From IMG/VR virus record IMGVR_UViG_3300045988_147821, positions 49,352 through 113,351 of that record: a DNA stretch of 64,000 nucleotides, one strand, 5' to 3'. The position numbers were made by a program, and so were the translations under genes. Shown one piece after another: positions 63,623 to 64,000 of the stretch. Source of the stretch: a virus. Numbering within the stretch: position 1 is the stretch's first letter; each line of letters opens with the position of its first letter. The notes beneath the pieces are model-generated. The model saw nothing but the letters and a program-made list of their open reading frames with translations. It ran no database searches and had not been told where the DNA came from.

Positions 63623-63970
63623 TTATTTCTTCATTAAGTCGATACGTTTTTTCAGGGTAATAAGGTAGTCGTGCATCTGTATTTTTTGCAACTCCATTAA
63701 ATCAACCTGATTTTCACCAGCTATTTCAACAGCATCTTTTCGGCCAAGAAACAGGACTAACTTATTATGTTTGTCCATCAATTCATTATATTCGATATAC
63801 ATACGGTCAAGAGGTGTATCAGCTACATTGTATGCCTTTTCAAATACATCTTTAGGATTCCAGCTTTCATATCCATCTTCATAACGGACATGATATCCCT
63901 CATCATCAAAATTTTCCGTTGACGGTTTTTCTCTAAGAAGATGTTTTCCCCACGCATCACCTCTTGTCAT
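63623..63970 (-). CDS. hypothetical protein (115 aa)
   Basis: ORF in minus-strand order near the right edge. Confidence 0.45.
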   Translation of the reverse strand: MTRGDAWGKHLLREKPSTENFDDEGYHVRYEDGYESWNPKDVFEKAYNVADTPLDRMYIEYNELMDKHNKLVLFLGRKDAVEIAGENQVDLMELQKIQMHDYLITLKKRIDLMKK

Positions 63971-64000
63971 AGGTTCTGCTTCAATCTGTTTTGTTCCAAT

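Noticed and set aside
1-64000. Genome-wide stop-codon reassignment (TAG or TGA read as sense), as reported for some gut phages.
   Set aside because: Very long ORFs (1797, 1149, 941, 680 and 666 aa) are uninterrupted under the standard code. TGA serves as the stop in many ATGA overlaps. Only isolated cases (48698-48700 and 8576-8578) look odd, and these are reported separately at lower interest.
1-64000. Prophage status (integrase, att sites, repressor switch).
   Set aside because: No integrase or recombinase is present in the window, and no bacterial housekeeping genes flank it. The lifestyle cannot be judged from this fragment.

Overview
The window reads as one contiguous stretch of a large tailed dsDNA phage (or prophage) genome. 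The host is probably a Bacteroidota member: TAnnTTTG -7 promoter boxes recur upstream of operons, the fibre carries BspA-type LRRs, and one gene looks DUF4494-like. From 6.4 kb to the right edge almost every gene is on the minus strand, in tightly coupled operons with many ATGA start/stop overlaps. A short plus-strand module (1.7-4.5 kb) converges on these across a 1.9-kb ORF-free, repeat-rich region. Recognisable content: (1) a T4-style recombination/replication set: RecA with a P-loop mini-intein, SbcC/SbcD-like pair, RuvC-like resolvase, putative SSB, DnaE-type Pol III alpha, separate DEDDh exonuclease, DnaB-like helicase, DnaG-like primase, NAD-dependent ligase, RNase HI and an SNF2 helicase; (2) a large terminase split by a LAGLIDADG intein; (3) two C5-cytosine methyltransferases and a frameshifted Dam-like N6-A methyltransferase; (4) nucleotide-modification-type enzymes: QueE-like radical SAM, MazG, P-loop kinase, PAPS-reductase-like, HAD and DUF4406-like; (5) a 1797-aa fibre with 11 tandem beta-sandwich repeats plus BspA-type LRRs, a LamG-type protein and a YkuD-motif putative lysin. 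The signals not explained by ordinary gene calls are listed as findings. The main ones are homopolymer G/C tracts that break or precede genes at the putative receptor-binding locus and in the Dam-like gene; a phased array of about 10 ACTTCCTCA motifs; three near-identical stem-loop-plus-promoter cassettes in an AT-rich accessory island; a promoter class marked by the palindrome TTTTTATAAAAA; a free-standing degenerate Hint domain; an in-frame TAG in a coupled operon; and two ORF-free structured regions. All functions are inferred from motifs read by eye. No database search was run. The ORF track translates some non-ATG starts as M, so several starts were re-set to ATGs supported by overlaps.
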